A stretch of DNA of 64,000 nucleotides from contig JACPWO010000004.1 of the NCBI GenBank assembly GCA_016197005.1, forward strand, positions 70,305 to 134,304, written 5' to 3'. Within the stretch, counting starts at the first letter, position 1; every line of letters starts with the position of its first letter. Below the pieces are notes generated by a model. That model made no database searches. It had not been told where the DNA came from and was given only the letters and a program-made list of their open reading frames with translations. This document shows, piece after piece, positions 34,933 to 44,336 of this stretch. The stretch comes from Candidatus Anderseniibacteriota bacterium (GTDB taxonomy: Bacteria > Patescibacteriota > Andersenbacteria > UBA10190). A program made the position numbers and the translations under genes.

Positions 34933-35676
34933 ATGGAATTTAGCCAAAATAATAATATTGTCCGTCTTTGTCTTCAGGGCATAGCTATGGAAAAGAAAGG
35001 CAAACCTGAAGAAGCAAGTACATTGTTTTTTCAAGCCTGGAATGAAGCAACAAATGATTTTGAAAAATTCATTTCAGCTCATTACGTAGCTCGACATCAA
35101 AAAAATGTTTCCGACAAATTACGGTGGCTCGAAACTGATTTGCAGCTTGCTTTGAAAATAGATGATGACACAGTAAAAAGTGCGTTCTCTCCTCTCTATA
35201 CAAACATCGCCAAATGCTATGAGGATTTAGGCGATACTAACGAGGCTAAAAAGAATTATGAGTTGGCAGCTTCGTGTGACGATAAGCCTTCTGACAAAGG
35301 ACCGTTTTATCATGGGACGAAAGCAGATTTACAGATTGGTGACTTGCTAACTGTTGGAAGTGGGTCTAATTATAAATCTGAATTTAAAATGAAGCACATT
35401 TACTTCACAGCCCTTGCTCATGGAGCAGGATTAGCTGCTTCGTTGGCAAAAAGTGATGGGCATGAGCATGTATATATCGTTGAACCAACAGGGAGTTTTG
35501 AAAACGACCCGAACGTTACCAACAACTACTTCCCAGGCAATCCGACACGCTCATATCGCACCGAAGCACCATTAAAAATCATTGGAGAGGTTACAGATTG
35601 GACGAAACAAACACCTGAAGAACTTAAGAAATGGCGTCAAAGGATAGATGGCAACAAAGGAGAAATAATCAACTAA
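34933..35676 (+). CDS. arr: NAD+-rifampin ADP-ribosyltransferase with N-terminal TPR-like domain
   Basis: FYHGTKADL, IYFTA, YIVEPTG.FENDPNVT, FPGNPTRSYR. Confidence 0.92.
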   Translation: MEFSQNNNIVRLCLQGIAMEKKGKPEEASTLFFQAWNEATNDFEKFISAHYVARHQKNVSDKLRWLETDLQLALKIDDDTVKSAFSPLYTNIAKCYEDLGDTNEAKKNYELAASCDDKPSDKGPFYHGTKADLQIGDLLTVGSGSNYKSEFKMKHIYFTALAHGAGLAASLAKSDGHEHVYIVEPTGSFENDPNVTNNYFPGNPTRSYRTEAPLKIIGEVTDWTKQTPEELKKWRQRIDGNKGEIIN

Positions 35677-35802
35677 GTTCGTTCGGTTTTCAGAACTAGG
35701 GTCAGGGGTTAACTCCGTCACAAGACTTGTGGGTTATAAGACAACACAGGCCATTGTTAGTTTTCCTGTAGATAAAAAGATACCGCTCTCATTAAAAACG
35801 AG

Positions 35803-35840
35803 AGTGGCTTACGGGTGAACCAAGAGTGCTACTCCAGCAA
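35803..35840 (+). repeat. 38-bp direct repeat, copy 2 (attR-like), followed by terminator
   Basis: AGTGGCTTACGGGTGAACCAAGAGTGCTACTCCAGCAA then GCTCCC-cttga-GGGAGTTTTT. Confidence 0.95.
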
Positions 35841-35907
35841 TGGCTCCCCTTGAGGGAGTTTTTGCTTTTCAGGGCAGCAAAGAGATAAAGGTATTACACT
35901 AAAAGTA

Positions 35908-36021
35908 ATGAAAGATGATTTTATTGATACGACTAAAATATTCCGACCAGGAATAACCAAAAAAAGTTGGATTAGCACGCTGTTGGAAAAACTCAGGCAT
36001 TGGCTTTTGTTTTGGGTATGA
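35908..36021 (+). CDS. Possible 37-aa small protein
   Basis: MKDDFIDTTKIFRPGITKKSWISTLLEKLRHWLLFWV; TACACT -10-like hexamer just upstream. Confidence 0.35.
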   Translation: MKDDFIDTTKIFRPGITKKSWISTLLEKLRHWLLFWV

Positions 36022-36037
36022 TAACTCTTATCGCTGA

Positions 36038-36613
36038 ATGAATACTTTTTTTCAAATCGCTGCACTGCTCTTGCAGGTTCCTGTTTTAGTAGTTGCTCTC
36101 ATAATTATACTTATCCAGCCTGGCGTATTGCCGTCGCATGATTTGCCCTGGATCATTATTACCTTACTTCATTTGTCATTATTTCCCCTGCTGTACGGGG
36201 CGTTTGTTTACAAGACTAAACGAATCTCCAACGCTGATATTACGGAGCGAAAGGAACGGGTGTTTCCATTTTTTATTATCACTTGCGTCTATGGGTTCTA
36301 TCTCTTGATAACGATACTCTTTGACGCTCCTGAAATCTTTAGAACACTTGCTACCCACTACTTTGTTCTGGCTCTCATATTAAGTCTGGTGACTGTCTGG
36401 TGGAAAGTCAGCGTCCACACGGCCGGCGTAGCGCAGTTTGTGGTTTTACTCTCGATACTTATTGGCAGTCAGGCTCTCTTTCTTGCTCCGCTGATTGTCT
36501 TTACGGGTTGGCTGCGAATAACAATGAAGAGTCACAATCTTAGGCAAGTGCTTGGCGGCGTCATTGTTGCTCTGCTGAGTGTAATGATAGCAACAATAAT
36601 TAACTTTTCGTAA
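36038..36613 (+). CDS. PAP2-like integral membrane protein
   Basis: ERKER, WKVSVH, W.R...SH...QV..G. Confidence 0.8.
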   Translation: MNTFFQIAALLLQVPVLVVALIIILIQPGVLPSHDLPWIIITLLHLSLFPLLYGAFVYKTKRISNADITERKERVFPFFIITCVYGFYLLITILFDAPEIFRTLATHYFVLALILSLVTVWWKVSVHTAGVAQFVVLLSILIGSQALFLAPLIVFTGWLRITMKSHNLRQVLGGVIVALLSVMIATIINFS

Positions 36614-36640
36614 AAAAGAACCTTCCGGTGAAGGAAGGTT
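36612..36640 (-). terminator. Intrinsic terminator
   Basis: AACCTTCC/GGAAGGTT stem preceded by an A-run. Confidence 0.65.
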
Positions 36641-36650
36641 GCGGGTACAG

Positions 36651-37574
36651 CTACAGTTTGTACAAATGGCCGGGGAAGTGCGACAAGACGGCTCTTTTAA
36701 TGACAGCCGAGATAATTATCATGACTCTCACCACGGTATGGTCATGGTCAATACTGAGCATCTTATCCGCATAGTGCTGCCACACCTGATTAACGTCTTG
36801 GAGGATCGATGGGACATGGTGTCTAGCCCACCGGAGCGTCACCCGTTTTCGAGAGAGCCAGCGAGACATTTCATCGGGATGCTTGCGGGCGATGGAGACC
36901 GCGATATTTTGGATGCTGTCCACGTCAGCGTCGAAGTCCAGAATATCATCGCTCACCTGCAAGGTAATGCTCCAATTAGCAAAGATGTTTTCGATATTAC
37001 GCGCCGTTGTCGGATCAATGCCATGGATCAGGTTCAGTGTGCGAATGATGGTGATATACACCAGGGCGGTTATATCCCATCGTTGCTGCAGAACAGCTTC
37101 GAGCGGCGCATCATGTCCGGCATGTCCTTCCACGACGAAGGCATCGGCTACTCTTCGCCGGTAGTCCTGGAATGTTCTCACCAGTTCTCTTTTGATTTCA
37201 TCCGTAACCGGCAGCTCCGCGATCTTCCTTCGGATGAGCTGGACGAGCTGTCTCGATCCCGCCTTGAGACTCTTGCTATCAACCGGGATTCCCTGTGGTC
37301 GCAGCTGCTCGTCGACGTAATCGTCAATGAGGCGGACGTGGTAGATAATGAGCGCGAAGATTTCGAAGGAGCGCAGTCGTTTGGCTTTCCGCCAGCTGAC
37401 GTTGCAATACTCCCGCCACAGGTTGAACGTGCCGTAGACGTGCAGACGGGGGTGAGCACTGACGCTCTTGAGATCAGGCGTTTCAAAGGTTCGGCGGATT
37501 CGCATCCACATGCTGAGTACGGTTATATACAGGCCCGCACCCAACGTTCGGAACCATTTTACAATGGCCTTCAT
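36651..37574 (-). CDS. Class I isoprenoid-synthase-fold protein
   Basis: LIDDYVDE and LQVSDDILD...D Asp-rich motifs. Confidence 0.7.
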   Translation of the reverse strand: MKAIVKWFRTLGAGLYITVLSMWMRIRRTFETPDLKSVSAHPRLHVYGTFNLWREYCNVSWRKAKRLRSFEIFALIIYHVRLIDDYVDEQLRPQGIPVDSKSLKAGSRQLVQLIRRKIAELPVTDEIKRELVRTFQDYRRRVADAFVVEGHAGHDAPLEAVLQQRWDITALVYITIIRTLNLIHGIDPTTARNIENIFANWSITLQVSDDILDFDADVDSIQNIAVSIARKHPDEMSRWLSRKRVTLRWARHHVPSILQDVNQVWQHYADKMLSIDHDHTVVRVMIIISAVIKRAVLSHFPGHLYKL

Positions 37575-37759
37575 GCAGGCACCTCTTTTTGTTGTTTGGG
37601 TTGTAAGGGAACAAGAACCTCGGATTATATGGCCGCCGAGTAGTATTTAGCAAGCCCGGGGGTTGTAAATTTGGCCGTTTTGGGTATGGTTATGGGTGCC
37701 TTGTAGGATGGTTCATTCAAATAAACGCAGTTTTCCCCGATAAAGGAGGGTTAGCAGCC

Positions 37760-38200
37760 ATGACCGTCGTTTTGGAAGAGTTGATCGTTGATCTCGCACG
37801 AGACGCGAGTGTGCGAAACGAGGCCTCTGAACGCAACGGGATTGACCGACGCATCATCGAGCACTTCGACCTGTCTGACATCAAGAGACGGCGAACATAT
37901 CTCATGTGCCTTGGTGAAGAGGCAAGCGATGTTACCGTGAGTCTGGCAATTATGAGTATGCCAGGCCGCGACAACGCACTCATCGGCGACCTGCTCACTC
38001 TCAAGGCTCATGTTGAGCGCTACGGACTCTATCCGTTCCCGGTCGTCTGCCACGGTTCGTGGGTTTCGCTGCAGAGTCGTATTCACTACCCTTGTCTGAA
38101 AGCAGACGAAGCAGGAAGCCGCCCACTCGTCGAGCTGGTCGCCGGTACCGGACACTGGCAGGCTGATACCCGGTTCTTGCTCATTGATAAGCCTGTCTGA
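37760..38200 (+). CDS. Hypothetical protein
   Basis: SD AAGGAGG; 146 aa; long-stem terminator 38225-38288. Confidence 0.65.
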   Translation: MTVVLEELIVDLARDASVRNEASERNGIDRRIIEHFDLSDIKRRRTYLMCLGEEASDVTVSLAIMSMPGRDNALIGDLLTLKAHVERYGLYPFPVVCHGSWVSLQSRIHYPCLKADEAGSRPLVELVAGTGHWQADTRFLLIDKPV

Positions 38201-38567
38201 CAGCGATGCAGTTGTAACTTCCAAAGGCTTTGGATTTAAGTAACGAGACAATAAGTCTTCGTGAACGAGTCCAAAGCCTCTTTTTATTTCAGCTCAGCTA
38301 AGGGGATTATTTTGTTTGCAAAGTAGGTTTGTCAATCGCGGCGGGGCGGGAGTGGACTATTCGGCCTAATTTGTCTCGCTGCGCTATTATACGCTCTCTT
38401 CTGGGCTTAGGAGCAGGGAAACGCAGGGTAGATTCTAAATGTCGGATTACGTTCTCAGCTTCCCACACGAGGTAGGCATGGAGCTACTGTAGGCAGCGAG
38501 CAGCCAGTAGTCAAAGGTCGACAGAAAATAAAAAATTCTGCTACAGTAAGTTTACTAACAATTTAAT

Positions 38568-38693
38568 ACCCTCCAGGGTGGCGTGAAATTCGCCAATCGG
38601 ACGTATAGCCGTCGACTCTACCCCAGGTAGAGATGATCATGTGGGAATCATGAGCCGACCGTATAGTCGGGATCTTATCGCAAGATAGGGAGT
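38568..38693 (+). promoter_or_regulatory. FMN riboswitch (RFN element)
   Basis: CTCC AGGG..GTGAAATTC..ATCGG..GTATAGCC..GTGGGAATC..GCCGAC CGTATAGTCGG GAT..GGGAG follows RFN consensus order. Confidence 0.85.
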
Positions 38694-38715
38694 GCGAAAG
38701 CACAGAAAGGAGATT

Positions 38716-39642
38716 ATGAACAATACGCTTATCGGCGCAGTCGCCGTTATAGTTGCTTCACTCTTATGGAGCCTTGATGGATTTCTTCGCCAATCGCTCT
38801 ACTCACTGCCACCAGCGGTAGTGGTATTTTGGGAACACGTGTTTGGGTTTGTCGTTCTGCTTCCAATTATTATATTTACGCTTCAAAAGTTCCGGAGTAT
38901 TCGTAAAAACCAGTGGAAAGCAATCGCCCTTGTATCTTTCTTATCAGGAGCACTCGGTACCGTTTTGTATACAGCGGCTCTTGGAAAGATTCAGTTTATT
39001 TCATTTTCCGTTGTGGTGTTACTGCAGCAGTTACAACCGCTTTTTGCTATAGTTGCGGCTGCAATATTACTGCGGGAACCAATTAACCGACGGTTTATCC
39101 GCTTGGCAGCCGTAGCCTTGGTGGCTGCCTACTTTATTTCTTTCCCGGATCTAAAAGTAGCCAGCGCCGCCAGTGGGATGGTAGTGGCTGCTCTTATGGC
39201 GCTAGGTGCCGCTGCTAGTTGGGGCGCCTCAACTGCTTTCTCGAAATACGCTTTGGAAAACACTTCATTCTTACATATTACAGCGATTCGCTTCGGACTC
39301 ACTCCAATATTTGCGCTTCTATTTGTGTTAGTGCTTGGTCAACAAGGATCCTTCTTTGCGCTTTCTGCACCACAATGGTGGACGATTATTACTATCACGT
39401 TTTCTACGGGATTAGTAGCGCTGACCATTTACTATTTTGGTCTGAAAAGAATTCCAGCTTCGCGTTCCACTCTGCTTGAGCTTACCTGGCCACTGTCAGC
39501 CGCTATTACAGGGCATCTTTTTTTGGGAGACAGACTGACTGTAACTCAATGGCTTGGAGCAGTGATTTTGGTCATTGTCATGTGGCTGGTCGAGCGTGAT
39601 GCTCAAGCGATTGCTGTTTCAAATGCTGTTGCTAGACGCTAG
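38716..39642 (+). CDS. DMT/EamA transporter, probable riboflavin importer (RibN-like)
   Basis: Two EamA repeats, ~10 TM; downstream of FMN riboswitch; SD AAAGGAG. Confidence 0.85.
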   Translation: MNNTLIGAVAVIVASLLWSLDGFLRQSLYSLPPAVVVFWEHVFGFVVLLPIIIFTLQKFRSIRKNQWKAIALVSFLSGALGTVLYTAALGKIQFISFSVVVLLQQLQPLFAIVAAAILLREPINRRFIRLAAVALVAAYFISFPDLKVASAASGMVVAALMALGAAASWGASTAFSKYALENTSFLHITAIRFGLTPIFALLFVLVLGQQGSFFALSAPQWWTIITITFSTGLVALTIYYFGLKRIPASRSTLLELTWPLSAAITGHLFLGDRLTVTQWLGAVILVIVMWLVERDAQAIAVSNAVARR

Positions 39643-39672
39643 GGTCCTTGTAAATTATCTTGAAGTTACAGT

Positions 39673-40251
39673 ATGTCCAGCTACTACCCCCAGAGAAGAT
39701 CAGCCGGGATCATTGGTGTCGTGACAGTGGTACTGGTTGTTGGAGTGCTTGCCGTCTATTTTTTCTTCAATTCATCGGAAACAACTGAAGAAGTAGTAAT
39801 ACCAAGTGATACTGCAATGCTAAATCAATCTGTTGCCCCGGTAGTAGTCGACGATGTTTTGCCTACCACTAATGGTGTTGCGTTCCAAGGTGCGGTATTA
39901 GCAGGCACTTCCGCTCCGCTGCTTGATTTCACCAAGTCAGATTTTGATGCGGCCGTTGCTTCTAATAAGCTGATCGTTCTTTACTTCTACGCTAATTGGT
40001 GCCCGATTTGCCGAGCTGAATTTCCGAAAACTGAAACTGCGTTTAATGAACTAATAAGTGATCAAGTGGTAGGGTTTCGCGTGAACTTTAATGACAATGA
40101 GACAGATGAGTTTGAGGAAGAGCTTGCGCGAGAACATGGCGTGGCGTACCAACACACGAAAGTCTTTGTGCGTAGTCAGCAACAAATACTTAAATCGCCG
40201 GAAACGTGGGAGAAGGACCGCTATCTGAGCGAGATTCAAAAGGCGTTATAA
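39673..40251 (+). CDS. Membrane-anchored thioredoxin
   Basis: FYANWCPIC. Confidence 0.88.
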   Translation: MSSYYPQRRSAGIIGVVTVVLVVGVLAVYFFFNSSETTEEVVIPSDTAMLNQSVAPVVVDDVLPTTNGVAFQGAVLAGTSAPLLDFTKSDFDAAVASNKLIVLYFYANWCPICRAEFPKTETAFNELISDQVVGFRVNFNDNETDEFEEELAREHGVAYQHTKVFVRSQQQILKSPETWEKDRYLSEIQKAL

Positions 40252-40259
40252 AATAGACT

Positions 40260-40964
40260 GTGACCGCTATTCCTATAACCGTCGCGTTTGTAGCCGGAGT
40301 CGTATCATTTCTCTCGCCGTGTGTTTTACCCATCATTCCGGGTTACCTCGTCTATTTAGCTGGTACTTCAACGGGAAGTGGAAGTAGTCGAAGAGAAACT
40401 TTTTTGAATAGTATATTTTTCGTCATTGGATTTGGATTAGTGTTTGCCCTGATAGGCGTTCTGCTGAATACCCTCCTTTCTCGAGTGGCCTATGATGCTC
40501 AAATATGGCTATCTCGAATTGGTGGAGTCATCATAATGTTCTTCGGCCTTTATCTGCTGGAACTTATAAAAATTCCTTGGCTAAGTGGTGACCATCGAAT
40601 CCAAGTGCGTTCACCATTTGCTTCGCGCTATGCTACCTCGGCGGTTTTTGGTGCAGCTTTCGCCGCTGGTTGGACGCCCTGCGTTGGAGCGGTACTGGGG
40701 GCTATCCTGGGGCTGGCTACTACGCAACCGGGCTTAGCGTTTACATTACTTATGACGTATTCAATTGGATTTGGTTTGCCATTTACTGCGGTTGGTCTTT
40801 TCACTGAGCCAGCCAGCCGACTTATTAATCGGTACGCGAAGGTAGCAGTAGTAATTAACAAACTATTTGGTGTGTTACTCATTGTCCTTGGTGTACTTGT
40901 CTTTACACAAACACTAAGCCGACTAGGAAATTTCGAACTTCTCACCAAGATACTGACGCAGTAA
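40260..40964 (+). CDS. ccdA: CcdA-type disulfide interchange membrane protein
   Basis: SFLSPCVLP, GWTPCVG. Confidence 0.92.
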   Translation: MTAIPITVAFVAGVVSFLSPCVLPIIPGYLVYLAGTSTGSGSSRRETFLNSIFFVIGFGLVFALIGVLLNTLLSRVAYDAQIWLSRIGGVIIMFFGLYLLELIKIPWLSGDHRIQVRSPFASRYATSAVFGAAFAAGWTPCVGAVLGAILGLATTQPGLAFTLLMTYSIGFGLPFTAVGLFTEPASRLINRYAKVAVVINKLFGVLLIVLGVLVFTQTLSRLGNFELLTKILTQ

Positions 40965-41038
40965 AGAGGATATACTTGGCAAGAGAGCAAGATAATGCTA
41001 GGGTTTTCCCAGAAGCTTAATTTTTATTTATATACTCT

Positions 41039-41410
41039 ATGGAAAACAACACGCCTGGTCCGAAGCCACCCGAGATGCCTTCACAAGGACCGTCAACAAA
41101 TTCTAATGATAATTCGTCTCACAAAACATTGGCGATTGTCGGTTACATTATTCCAATCCTTTTCTTTATCCCTCTGTTATCTGAGGCAAAGAATAATACA
41201 TTTGCGAAATTTCATGCTAACCAGCAACTAAACCTCTTAATTCTCTGGGCAGTAAGTCAGGTAATCCTCATTATCCCTATCTTGGGCTGGATCATCTCTC
41301 CACTACTCATCATCGTTGGCCTGATCTTCATGATCATGGGAGTTATTAATGCAGCTAATGGCAATATGAAGCCCCTACCTTTTATTGGCGGTTGGCAACT
41401 TCTTAAATAA
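41039..41410 (+). CDS. DUF4870-like membrane protein
   Basis: KFHANQ, GVINAANG..KPLP.IG. Confidence 0.8.
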   Translation: MENNTPGPKPPEMPSQGPSTNSNDNSSHKTLAIVGYIIPILFFIPLLSEAKNNTFAKFHANQQLNLLILWAVSQVILIIPILGWIISPLLIIVGLIFMIMGVINAANGNMKPLPFIGGWQLLK

Positions 41411-41419
41411 CAGAGGTAC

Positions 41420-41451
41420 AAAAAACCGCCCGTTGCGTACGGGCGGTTTTT
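41420..41451. terminator. Bidirectional intrinsic terminator
   Basis: AAAAAACCGCCCGT-tgcgt-ACGGGCGGTTTTT between convergent genes. Confidence 0.9.
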
Positions 41452-41465
41452 GCGTTTCTACTGGA

Positions 41466-41702
41466 TTATTCCGCAGCTGGTGCGCCTCCACCGTTTACGT
41501 TCACATCAACCTCTGAAGGCACGTCCAATCCGTCGCCACTTTCTGTGTCTGGTGGAGTGTTGGTGCCACCACCGCGATTAAAGCCAAACATGAGGAGTAG
41601 CACGATAACAACCACGACAATGACGAGTCCAATGGCCATACCACTACCGAAGCCACCCCCACCGTCACCTCCGCCATCTGTAACATTTACTTGCTCTGCC
41701 AT
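41466..41702 (-). CDS. Small single-TM protein
   Basis: SD AAGGAGGTGA; one TM helix; acidic tail. Confidence 0.7.
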   Translation of the reverse strand: MAEQVNVTDGGGDGGGGFGSGMAIGLVIVVVVIVLLLMFGFNRGGGTNTPPDTESGDGLDVPSEVDVNVNGGGAPAAE

Positions 41703-41732
41703 ATAGATCACCTCCTTGGAAGATTGAATGAA

Positions 41733-41996
41733 TTAAATGTGAGCTGGTCCACCACTGCGATTGAATAAGCTGGCGATGAAGAGAAGAATAACTGCACCAA
41801 TAGTAGCCACGAGGATACTACCTAAGATTCCGCCGGCACCAATTCCCAATGCTCCGAAAACAAAACCTCCAATTAACGCTCCGACAATTCCAACAATAAT
41901 ATCACCAATAACACCGAAGCCACGCCCTTTCATAATGAGGCCAGCAAGCCATCCAGCGATGAGACCAACGATCAGAAACCATACGATATCAGACAT
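41733..41996 (-). CDS. GlsB/YeaQ/YmgE (transglycosylase-associated) membrane protein
   Basis: VGLIAGWLA...DIIVGIVGALIGG...ATIGAVILL. Confidence 0.92.
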   Translation of the reverse strand: MSDIVWFLIVGLIAGWLAGLIMKGRGFGVIGDIIVGIVGALIGGFVFGALGIGAGGILGSILVATIGAVILLFIASLFNRSGGPAHI

Positions 41997-42175
41997 ACAG
42001 TACGTCACCTCCTTTTATTCTATATGAAGCCACAATACCACCGTACCCCTCTGGGCTGTCTTGACAAGCATTTCTGCTTTTGTTGTGTCAGCTTTCCTGA
42101 CAAGATTTCTCTTGCATATAGCCATTTATTTGTAATGGTGAGGTAGAGGGATGTTATTCTTAAGTACTTTATTCT

Positions 42176-42424
42176 ATGTGGCAGCCATCAAAGCTTGATC
42201 AGGTAAAAAAGGATGCGCAGCGTTTAGCAGATAGTGTGATGTCACTGGCCGGAGAAGAGGGAGCAGCCGTTGGAGAGAAGACAAAAGAATTAAGTCAAAG
42301 CGCGGTTAAGAAGTGGGAAGAAGCGGACGAGTGGGCCCATAAAAATGTGTGGACAACTGTTGCTGTTTCAGCAGTGGCAGCAGCGGCACTGGCCATGCTC
42401 TTCTCGAGTCGAGGGAAAAAATAA
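42176..42424 (+). CDS. DUF883/ElaB-like tail-anchored protein
   Basis: Helical N-terminus, WAHKNVW then C-terminal TM. Confidence 0.65.
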   Translation: MWQPSKLDQVKKDAQRLADSVMSLAGEEGAAVGEKTKELSQSAVKKWEEADEWAHKNVWTTVAVSAVAAAALAMLFSSRGKK

Positions 42425-42427
42425 TCT

Positions 42428-42739
42428 ATGGTGTTGCCTGTAGCCTTGCGAGTACTCGCTAAAGCAGGGCTGTATTACGGTATCTCGCGAGTATTAACCG
42501 AAGGCTTTACCGCTAAGGAACACGTGCGGCGTATGATTATTGGAATTGCGCTTTTAATTGGCGCATTGTTTGTGGCGGGTTCAGCTATGTTGGCATTTAC
42601 TGCGGGTGTTTTCTTCTCCTTATCTGAAGCAGAAGCATATATTCGCCCTGCTTTTATAACCGGTGGAGTAGTATTACTCATCTCACTGTTACTCGGTTGG
42701 GAAGGATGGCGTCGGGTTAAAATTTCATCAAGGAGGTGA
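42428..42739 (+). CDS. Small 2-TM membrane protein
   Basis: Operonic position, hydrophobic helices. Confidence 0.7.
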   Translation: MVLPVALRVLAKAGLYYGISRVLTEGFTAKEHVRRMIIGIALLIGALFVAGSAMLAFTAGVFFSLSEAEAYIRPAFITGGVVLLISLLLGWEGWRRVKISSRR

Positions 42740-42744
42740 CCGAT

Positions 42745-43200
42745 ATGGATACTAATATGCAAAGTAATAGTATCGCCTGGATAGCTCTGGTCGTAGCACT
42801 TGCTGCTCTCGTACTTGCCGTCATGATATGGAATCGTCCCGTGGGAGAAGATACCGATTTTGATGAAGAAGCAGGGACACAGATTGAAGAAACGACGAAG
42901 GATGCAGCCTTGCTGGCAGCCCGAGCACAAGCGGAAACAAAGTTGGCGGCGATACGCGCCCAAGTTGCAACTAAAGAAGGATATGAAAACGCCTTGCAAG
43001 AAGCTCAAGAAGCGCGCAGTGAATTAGCGGAGGCGTACCGAAATGCATCAGTTGAAGCGCAACAAGAATGGGCAGAGGTAGAAGTAGAGTTTGATGTCTT
43101 AGAAGATCAGCTGCGGGCTAAGAGTGCTGATGCGCTCGCTGATCTGGATCGTCTTATTAATCGATTGCGTGTGGACGTGCAAACTGACGAAAACGACTAA
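42745..43200 (+). CDS. Membrane-anchored coiled-coil protein
   Basis: SD AGGAGGTGA; TM then Ala/Glu-rich helix. Confidence 0.75.
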   Translation: MDTNMQSNSIAWIALVVALAALVLAVMIWNRPVGEDTDFDEEAGTQIEETTKDAALLAARAQAETKLAAIRAQVATKEGYENALQEAQEARSELAEAYRNASVEAQQEWAEVEVEFDVLEDQLRAKSADALADLDRLINRLRVDVQTDEND

Positions 43201-44285
43201 AGAGAATTCTGGATTCCGATGTTAATGATAACATCACCGGAAGTTTGATTTCCTGCTTCGGTATTATTATTTGATTCGTTTCCGCCCGTAATGACATCAA
43301 CATCGATGTCGTTTGTGACTTCGGTGTCGTTGGTGATATCGATATCACAATCATTAGTAACATCTACGGTATTAGTATTTGTTGATCCCTCCCCGGTATT
43401 TTCATTAGATTCTTCAATAGTTACGTTTACATCGTCGCACGGCGCAGGGCTAGGAGTAGGTATAGGGGTGGGAGTAGGAGTTGGGGTGATTGTCGGGGTT
43501 GGAGAAGGGGTGGGAAAAACAGCAGCCGTAGCAAGTGTGTTGCCGTTGATGAAAATAGCGTTTGATTTGAAGGCGGCCTGAGTTGATACCACACTCGTAA
43601 TGCCAATAAAGAAAAGGATATATATTCCAACCGATGTAATTTTTACTTTGTATTGCCTCCGCTCTTTAGGGAGTGCTCGAGGATGAAGAATGGAGTCAAG
43701 AAAAGGCAGCTTAAGAATGGAGGATGGTTTCAATAGAGGCATTTCAGATAATGGGGACGTACTAACCACTGTTGTTTTTACTGTTCGCAGTATTTTCGCG
43801 AGTTCGTCAGCAATGAGAAGGAGTAGTGGTACAAGAACAAAGATACTTACACCGATGGGTGTTTTCAAATATTCCAGTGCTCGACCAAGAAAGGGGATGT
43901 GATAGGTGTGCACACCCTGAATATCCTCGATGGCTACGGGACGGACATCTCGAATATCGTTTGCATCACCTTTAGTAATGAAATATTTTTTTCCACTATC
44001 TGTTTTTGTATCCACGATTCGATGAGTAGTAGCTGTTTGTGTCGATCCGGCTGGAGCAAACGTAATAATGTTTCCGACAGAGACTGCAGATATATCACGA
44101 GGGGTTTGTGCAATAACTAACGATCCCACGGCAACGGTTGGCTCCATGCTACCGCTTAAGACAGAATACAGACGAAAACCACCGGGGATAGAGAAGCGAG
44201 CAGCCATAAGAATTCCGACCACGAGTATAAAAAAACTTATGGTTAGGATTCTGAATATATAGGTAATTGTTTTATTCATAGTCAT
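43197..44285 (-). CDS. sipW: SipW-type signal peptidase I with C-terminal extension
   Basis: VLSGSMEP, THRI, TKGDAN; extra TM + STQAAF + Pro/Thr linker. Confidence 0.88.
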   Translation of the reverse strand: MTMNKTITYIFRILTISFFILVVGILMAARFSIPGGFRLYSVLSGSMEPTVAVGSLVIAQTPRDISAVSVGNIITFAPAGSTQTATTHRIVDTKTDSGKKYFITKGDANDIRDVRPVAIEDIQGVHTYHIPFLGRALEYLKTPIGVSIFVLVPLLLLIADELAKILRTVKTTVVSTSPLSEMPLLKPSSILKLPFLDSILHPRALPKERRQYKVKITSVGIYILFFIGITSVVSTQAAFKSNAIFINGNTLATAAVFPTPSPTPTITPTPTPTPIPTPSPAPCDDVNVTIEESNENTGEGSTNTNTVDVTNDCDIDITNDTEVTNDIDVDVITGGNESNNNTEAGNQTSGDVIINIGIQNSL

Positions 44286-44336
44286 AACAAGCTTCAGCGG
44301 AAGCTCAACTACAGGTTTGAGCTTCCAAGAAACGTA

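Larger units (their letters stand above)
32687..35840. mobile_element. 3.1-kb integrase-less islet flanked by the duplicated ncRNA 3' end
   Basis: 38-bp direct repeats with 2 mismatches, each followed by a similar terminator; four cargo genes. Confidence 0.75.

Noticed and set aside
36639-37643. 334-aa plus-strand ORF
   Set aside because: Antisense shadow of the minus-strand gene, which has the DDxxD motifs, SD and terminator.
38306-38514. Minus-strand TTGACT-17-TACAGT promoter with a 10-codon ORF or a 53-aa GTG ORF
   Set aside because: Plausible, but no SD, motif or clear structure supports a product.
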